A stretch of 34,652 nucleotides of DNA, taken from a virus. Lineage: Duplodnaviria > Heunggongvirae > Uroviricota > Caudoviricetes. The notes under the pieces are model-generated. The model did not search any database, was not told where the DNA came from, and saw only the letters and a list, made by a program, of their open reading frames with translations. A program made the translations under genes and the position numbers. The number at the start of each line of letters is the position of its first letter. The stretch's first letter is position 1. The stretch is from the IMG/VR virus record IMGVR_UViG_3300045597_000172, one strand, 5' to 3'. Below are positions 29,358 through 34,652 of this stretch, one piece after another.

Positions 29358-30377
29358 CTAATCCACATGACACTTGCGAATAAACAACCGTTTATATACT
29401 TTTTTACCATCAATCAGAGCTTGTGCTATACCACTATCTTCATGCCACAAGCCTTTCGAAACGCCCTTACCTTCACTTTCAGTAGCACCAATAATTTCAA
29501 ACTGATCCGGATTGTACTTATCAATAAACGTGATCGGCACGCCCATCACCCCATCGTAATCTTCGGGAATATTAACAACTTTCGAAACCTCAATGGCGTC
29601 ATAGTTATCATAGTGCGGGTAGTCCGCCTCGTGTCCCTTATACCGCCGGAACAGATCCAGTGTTTCGTGACGCTTGTGGGTGTCTATGTTGGTAAACCAA
29701 TCGATATTACGCATTTTAAACTGTTGGTGCCCATCAGCTCCCGTACGAACACTGGCACTATCGTTGAACTCATACCCATCTGGTACCGTGAACCACTTGT
29801 CGCCACCATTATTATATCCAAGCCAAAGATCGTTGGATTGAATCAATGAAAAAATCTCCTTGTACGTAATAGAATTAGCGCTACCCAACACAATAAATTG
29901 TTTGCCATACTCAAACAGTTGTGCCACATACTCACGAAACAAGCTAAACGGTGGATTCGTCACAACAATGTCCGACTCCTTCAAAAATTCAACACAGGCA
30001 TCCGACCGAAAATCGCCGTTGCCTGTTAACGGTTCACGTAATGCCTTCAACGCATCATAATCGATATCGGCATTGTTTACTAACACCGTATCGATGTTTT
30101 CCGGCGTAACCGTTAACGAGTACGAATCACTACTTGGCGAACTCTCACTAACATAATGTGTCGTAATCAACTTCTTGAGCTTCAAGAAATTAAAATTCAA
30201 CACGAAATAAACAAAGAAATTACTAGACTCCGGATCGTCACAATTACAATAAATTGTCTTGCCGGCAAACTGATCACGGTAATGCTTCAATTCTTTTTCA
30301 ATATCAGTCAACTGAGTATAAAACTCATCACGCTTAGCCTTTTTTGCTTCTTGTAACTTTTTACTTGTATTTACCAT
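29358..30377 (-). CDS. Adenine-specific DNA methyltransferase, M.EcoRI family (copy 2)
   Basis: DEFYTQ, IYCNCDDP, GDFRS, DIVVTNPPFSLFREY, WFTN, YDNYDAIEV, GVMGVPITF.DKYNP.QFEI. Start moved to ATG 30377 after GAAAGGTG. Confidence 0.93.
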   Translation of the reverse strand: MVNTSKKLQEAKKAKRDEFYTQLTDIEKELKHYRDQFAGKTIYCNCDDPESSNFFVYFVLNFNFLKLKKLITTHYVSESSPSSDSYSLTVTPENIDTVLVNNADIDYDALKALREPLTGNGDFRSDACVEFLKESDIVVTNPPFSLFREYVAQLFEYGKQFIVLGSANSITYKEIFSLIQSNDLWLGYNNGGDKWFTVPDGYEFNDSASVRTGADGHQQFKMRNIDWFTNIDTHKRHETLDLFRRYKGHEADYPHYDNYDAIEVSKVVNIPEDYDGVMGVPITFIDKYNPDQFEIIGATESEGKGVSKGLWHEDSGIAQALIDGKKVYKRLFIRKCHVD

Positions 30378-30500
30378 CTGATTCACCTTTCTACCGCATT
30401 CCTGCAACGGTGCCCACCCATAACATTAACAATTAATATGACGTTTTCAATACGAAGAACATTATTCTCGATCATCGTCATCACCTGAACACAACTCAAT

Positions 30501-31490
30501 CTAATTCACATGACACTTGCGAATTAAAATGCGAGCATATTTACGTTTACCGTCTACATACATGCGACCCTTTTCAACATCGGACATAAACGCATCTAAC
30601 CCCACAATTTCAAACTGATCCGGATTGTACTTATCGATAAACGTAATCGGCACACCCATTACACCATCGTAATCTTCGGGAATGTTAACGACTTTACTGA
30701 CTTCGATTGCGTCATAATTATCATAGTGCGGATAATCCGATTCATGACCCTTATAACGACGGAACAGATCCAAGGTTTCGTGACGTTTGTAGGTGTCCGT
30801 GTTGGTAAACCAACGAACACCCTTAACACGAACAAACTTATGGCCATCGCCATCAACACGCGTTCCAGTAGCCGTCAACGGATAATCATCGGGCACCTGA
30901 AACTCACGATCACCACTGTGAATACTTGGGCCAAGCCAAATTTCATTCGCCATAATGTGACTAAACACATCTTTATATGTAACCGCATTGATATTACCAA
31001 TAATAATAAATTGCTTTCCGTATTCAAACAGTTGTGCTACATACTCATGGAACAAACTAAACGGTGGATTCGTCACGACAATGTCGGACTCCTTTAAAAA
31101 CACCACACAGGCATCAGACCGAAAATCCCCGTTGCCTGTTAACGGTTCACGTAATGTCTTCAATGCATTATAATCGATATCAGCATTGTTTACTAACACT
31201 GTATCAATATTTTCCGGCGTAACCGTCAACGAATACGAATCACTACTTGGTGAACTCTCACTAACATAATGTGTCGTAATCAACTTCTTGAGCTTCAAAA
31301 AATTAAAATTCAACACGAAATAAACAAAGAAATTACTAGACTCCGGATCATCGCAATTACAATAAATTGTCTTGCCGGCAAACTGATCACGATAGTGCGT
31401 CAATTCCTTTTCAATATCAGTCAACTGAGTATAAAACTCATCACGCTTAGCCTTTTTGGCTTCCTGTAACTTTTTACTTGTATTTGCCAT
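30501..31490 (-). CDS. Adenine-specific DNA methyltransferase, M.EcoRI family (copy 1)
   Basis: Same motifs as copy 2 including NPPF, with GAAAGGTG RBS. Confidence 0.93.
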   Translation of the reverse strand: MANTSKKLQEAKKAKRDEFYTQLTDIEKELTHYRDQFAGKTIYCNCDDPESSNFFVYFVLNFNFLKLKKLITTHYVSESSPSSDSYSLTVTPENIDTVLVNNADIDYNALKTLREPLTGNGDFRSDACVVFLKESDIVVTNPPFSLFHEYVAQLFEYGKQFIIIGNINAVTYKDVFSHIMANEIWLGPSIHSGDREFQVPDDYPLTATGTRVDGDGHKFVRVKGVRWFTNTDTYKRHETLDLFRRYKGHESDYPHYDNYDAIEVSKVVNIPEDYDGVMGVPITFIDKYNPDQFEIVGLDAFMSDVEKGRMYVDGKRKYARILIRKCHVN

Positions 31491-31642
31491 CTAATTCACC
31501 TTTCTACCACTGCACCTGCGACTATCACCACTACAATCGGCGATGTTCCAAAGCCAGTCACTGTACCCCAACCACATCGCATATCTCACGCAGAATCACT
31601 GTTGCGCCACGATAACCACAAAAAATTTAAGATCGTTATTTT

Positions 31643-31798
31643 TTATTTTTTTGTAATAATGATTCGAGACATTGATTCATCTAATTCGATTTTGACCTGA
31701 TCACCATTTCTAAGATGCAACCAATCACAAATTTTCGACGGTAATCGAATACCTAATGAGTTACCCCAAGCTGTGACTGATCTAACTTCTTTCTTCAA
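31643..31798 (-). CDS. AbrB/MazE/SpoVT-family DNA-binding protein (51 aa)
   Basis: VTAWGNSLGIRLPSKICDWLHLRNGDQVKI. TTG start at 31798 after GGAGGTG. Confidence 0.88.
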   Translation of the reverse strand: MKKEVRSVTAWGNSLGIRLPSKICDWLHLRNGDQVKIELDESMSRIIITKK

Positions 31799-31863
31799 TC
31801 TAACACCTCCCATAATAATATCTATATTATATATCATTTGATAAAGTAATACTATCATAAAAT

Positions 31864-31891
31864 AAAAAAAAACGTTACGAATTATCGTAAC
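31864..31891 (-). terminator. Intrinsic terminator
   Basis: CGTTACGA-TAAT-TCGTAACG followed by a T run on the minus strand, after the 31912 stop. Confidence 0.8.
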
Positions 31892-31911
31892 GAATATTCC
31901 TAAAAATCATC

Positions 31912-32139
31912 TTATAAAAAACACTTAGGCGCAAGTCTACCAGTCAAGTTACTTAAAAAACCATTGACATCAACAAAATCATACTGTTGCGAATCGACGA
32001 AATCCTCACCAATTAACAACTCAAACTTATTCATATTAAGGTTACGCAAACGACTCAACTTCCAAAATGAACCATCTACCATATAAACACCAATAACTTT
32101 ACCAGCTTTATTCAAAGCTCGTTGTAAAACAACATACAT
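31912..32139 (-). CDS. Small hypothetical protein, paralog of 27817-28044
   Basis: AAAGGA RBS, own terminator, and similarity to the 27817 ORF. Confidence 0.8.
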   Translation of the reverse strand: MYVVLQRALNKAGKVIGVYMVDGSFWKLSRLRNLNMNKFELLIGEDFVDSQQYDFVDVNGFLSNLTGRLAPKCFL

Positions 32140-32168
32140 ACCACAATCATCCTTTCAAAAAAAGTAAA

Positions 32169-33047
32169 CTAAGAAATATAACGGCCATGACATTTTTTAA
32201 ACTTGATACCTGAACCACACGGACATAATTCATTACGTCCAATTGAGTCATTATCAACAAGACGTTTTAAAACTGATTTTGAATCAACAATCAAATTAGA
32301 AATATTTTTAACTCTGGATAAATAATCGGAACTAGTAAAATCACCAACCTCAGACATCAATGCAAATGATCTAATATTTTTAACAAGGATATTAGTGCAT
32401 TGCAAACAACTTACCAAAAAACAATAATTTTCACAAAACGAAGCCAAGTCTATTTTTTTATCCTCACAAAGAATAGAAACAAAAATAGGCAAAACAGTAA
32501 GGTTGTAAAAGAATGGAGTCTGTTTAGAATTCAAAAGATTTCCGACTAACATACCATTTTCGTGATAAATATGTTTATCTAACGATTGTGTATGAAGATA
32601 AAAATCATCAATGAGTTTTTTTCTATCAACGGAATTAGAGATAGGAAATCCTAAAAGTTGATCCAAAGAATAAATGTCAGAACGTAAACCCAAAACCGAC
32701 AAAATTCGAGATTCAAACAAAGAATCACCCAATTTATCGACATCCAAGCAACATTCATTTGGAAAAACATTATCAAGACTATTGATTGTTGGAATATAAG
32801 AATTTTTTAATATTCCATTATTTTTGACCATATGCTGAAAATAAGAAAATTTATCAATACACTTATAAGAATCGGTTTCAAAAACAAAAAGTCTTTTAGG
32901 ATTACTAGCTGCAATCGTTAATAAAGAAGTCATGGTATCCTTAAAAGTCGTAACTGGAATAGCCCAAACCGGATAAAACCCTAATGACTCATTGAAAACT
33001 AATCTATCCTTACTTGGAAAACTGGGTTGAAAAGTAATAAATTTCAA
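32169..33047 (-). CDS. SEC-C metal-binding motif protein
   Basis: C-terminal IGRNELCPCGSGIKFKKCHG. TTG start with AGGAGG RBS. The rest is unrecognised. Confidence 0.85.
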   Translation of the reverse strand: MKFITFQPSFPSKDRLVFNESLGFYPVWAIPVTTFKDTMTSLLTIAASNPKRLFVFETDSYKCIDKFSYFQHMVKNNGILKNSYIPTINSLDNVFPNECCLDVDKLGDSLFESRILSVLGLRSDIYSLDQLLGFPISNSVDRKKLIDDFYLHTQSLDKHIYHENGMLVGNLLNSKQTPFFYNLTVLPIFVSILCEDKKIDLASFCENYCFLVSCLQCTNILVKNIRSFALMSEVGDFTSSDYLSRVKNISNLIVDSKSVLKRLVDNDSIGRNELCPCGSGIKFKKCHGRYIS

Positions 33048-33091
33048 AAAAAAACCTCCTAAAAAGAATTGACTGCATGTTTAATATACCT

Positions 33092-33649
33092 CTACATATG
33101 TTTTTTGGGAAAATAATACCGTGACGAACACGAGACATCCTGATTATATGGCGCATCAATTAACGTTAATTCATATTGCTTACTAATCACCGGATGTGAT
33201 AACAAAGACGTCATGATTGCGCCACGATCGTCAAAAAAACGGTCTCCTGCGAGTTTTAAAAGCGCTTGAGTCTTATTATGTTGTTGCATGATCAAAACGT
33301 CATACGGTACGTTAAAATGCTTCAAACGACGTCTAGTAACATCATAGTATTTCAAATCGCGTGCCGTTAAGATTACAATCTTAATTCCACGTTCGTGCCA
33401 GCGTTTTATATCACGCAACAATGCCGTATTGATTTGCTGTGTCGCAAAAGCGTCCGGCAAAATTGAACTAAAAAACTGAACATCTTTTGAACTATGATGA
33501 TCCAGTTTATAAACCTCAAATAAGTCATACTGTGTAATTTCACGTATTTTCAGATGAGTGTGCGTATAATTGTTCAACGCTGCTATCAAAGGCTTAATCG
33601 TAAATAATGTACCGTCCAGATCAAATACGTATGTCAATTGTTTTGTCAT
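33092..33649 (-). CDS. HAD-superfamily phosphatase, 5'(3')-nucleotidase-like
   Basis: Motif I FDLDGTL, motif II ILTAR, motif III Lys (NKT), motif IV FFDD. Confidence 0.85.
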   Translation of the reverse strand: MTKQLTYVFDLDGTLFTIKPLIAALNNYTHTHLKIREITQYDLFEVYKLDHHSSKDVQFFSSILPDAFATQQINTALLRDIKRWHERGIKIVILTARDLKYYDVTRRRLKHFNVPYDVLIMQQHNKTQALLKLAGDRFFDDRGAIMTSLLSHPVISKQYELTLIDAPYNQDVSCSSRYYFPKKHM

Positions 33650-33657
33650 TTACTCAC

Positions 33658-33912
33658 CTAATTTCTACTTGTCAACTGTCCAAACTGCTGCAACATTTGT
33701 TGCAAAATACCCCATGCCCACGTACTAAATTCAGACCAGAGCTTTAACACCGTACTACCAATCTGATCAACATCCGCTAAAAATTTGTTTAATGAATCCG
33801 ACCCGCTAATTACAATGGTATTGGTCAAAGCCAAGACGACCAAAATGCCAATTACTAAAATAACCATGCCGATTATCAAACCCGTTCCGAATAACGTTGA
33901 TTTTTTCTTCAT
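33658..33912 (-). CDS. Small membrane protein
   Basis: Basic N-terminus, one TM and an amphipathic helix. Tightly packed in the operon. Confidence 0.75.
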   Translation of the reverse strand: MKKKSTLFGTGLIIGMVILVIGILVVLALTNTIVISGSDSLNKFLADVDQIGSTVLKLWSEFSTWAWGILQQMLQQFGQLTSRN

Positions 33913-33936
33913 CCCCCATTCACACCTTTCATTAAA

Positions 33937-34530
33937 TTATCGCAAATCAGCATGTTTAACCAATTTTCCGAATTTGATTTTGTTATTGTGATTAACAAGA
34001 ATGTTACGATTGCCAGACTTAGCAGCCTTGAAATATTCACGTTCCAGTCTAGTTGCATTAGGTTTCAAGCCACGATACACATACGTAAAGTACGTCGGTT
34101 TCTTAGTATGCACAGTCTTCGTCACAATCGATTTTGAATTATGTATCGCATATACATGGTTATCAGTCACAATATAACGAACGCGTTGCATTCCAGATCC
34201 ATTAGAACCATTAACTTCGTCACTAACTATTTTATCAACTTTGACAGGTGCATGCCAAGTCGAAATTGAAGCTACACAACGTGACGTTACGCCATCAAAA
34301 GCAAAAGCCCATGATAATACAACAGTTAAAAACAAAAAGCCTACGAAACCGCCAAGAAAACGCATCGTGGGTTTCACATGTCGATTCTGCCTAATATTAA
34401 TCAACCAATTTTTAATAAAGAAAAATCCGGAAATCATCATCAAAACATAAAACCCAAAAATTAAACTAAACAAAAAACCCGTATGCAATTGCAAAAACAT
34501 AAACCAATGATAAATCATTATTAACGACAC
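33937..34530 (-). CDS. Membrane protein (2 TM plus basic soluble domain)
   Basis: Hydrophobic N-terminal half. RBS GAAAGG at ~34530-34535, exact start uncertain by a few codons. Confidence 0.75.
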   Translation of the reverse strand: MSLIMIYHWFMFLQLHTGFLFSLIFGFYVLMMISGFFFIKNWLINIRQNRHVKPTMRFLGGFVGFLFLTVVLSWAFAFDGVTSRCVASISTWHAPVKVDKIVSDEVNGSNGSGMQRVRYIVTDNHVYAIHNSKSIVTKTVHTKKPTYFTYVYRGLKPNATRLEREYFKAAKSGNRNILVNHNNKIKFGKLVKHADLR

Positions 34531-34611
34531 CCTTTCTATACGCTATTTACACAACCAAGAAATATATTTTGCATATCAAAACCCCTTAATGTCAATACTT
34601 TAATTACTTTT

Positions 34612-34639
34612 AGTATATCATTTGTATTTCATTTTGCAA
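34612..34639 (-). promoter_or_regulatory. SigA promoter
   Basis: TTGCAA-16 bp-TATACT with TG extension. Confidence 0.6.
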
Positions 34640-34652
34640 TACGAAATAAAAA

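Larger units (their letters stand above)
29335..31509 (-). repeat. Tandem direct duplication of the MTase gene unit (~29335-30396 and ~30478-31509)
   Basis: Similarity extends past both coding ends: ATTCACCTTTCTACC upstream and CATCACCTGAACACAAC.CAATCTA downstream. Confidence 0.9.

Noticed and set aside
29358-31490. Diversity-generating retroelement (TR/VR) explanation for the MTase variable regions
   Set aside because: Differences include indels and all four bases, both copies are coding, and no reverse transcriptase is in the window.
29358-31490. Calling the system EcoRI with GAATTC specificity
   Set aside because: Only family-level similarity, no R.EcoRI-type nuclease is present, and specificity cannot be read from the sequence.
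29335-31509. Assembly artefact causing the MTase duplication
   Set aside because: The copies differ by many silent changes and by whole variable segments while both frames stay open.
32169-33047. SecA
   Set aside because: Only the C-terminal SEC-C motif is present, with no ATPase domains.
33046-33054. 9-nt homopolymer between RBS and TTG of the SEC-C gene as a phase-variation switch
   Set aside because: A/T runs of this length are common in this window's intergenic DNA.

Overview
Low-GC Firmicute (Lactobacillaceae-like) DNA that reads as part of a large conjugative plasmid or ICE, with almost all genes on the minus strand. The left ~19 kb is a transfer and surface module. It encodes a repeat-rich secreted surface protein (cut by the window edge), a GH25-LysM4 muramidase, a large VirB6-like membrane protein, a VirB4-like protein whose Walker A/B motifs are degenerate, a PrgI/TcpE-like membrane protein, an N-domain-less ClpB/C-type AAA+ ATPase and a MobL/MobP2-type relaxase. 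The middle holds a tnpB-only IS200/IS605 (IS1341-type) element with both ends readable, a class A sortase, a RecD2-like helicase, an orphan HicB and a candidate ~100-nt sRNA. The right ~7 kb is accessory cargo. It has two tandem M.EcoRI-family adenine methyltransferases that are near-identical except for two divergent segments, followed by one DUF262-HNH nuclease. This cassette is preceded by an orphan AbrB/MazE gene and bracketed by two paralogous 75-aa genes, and is followed by SEC-C, HAD and membrane proteins. The two strongest candidates for undescribed biology are the modular twin-MTase/DUF262-HNH system and the transfer machine pairing an apparently dead VirB4 with a Clp ATPase. All calls come from reading motifs by eye; no database searches were run.
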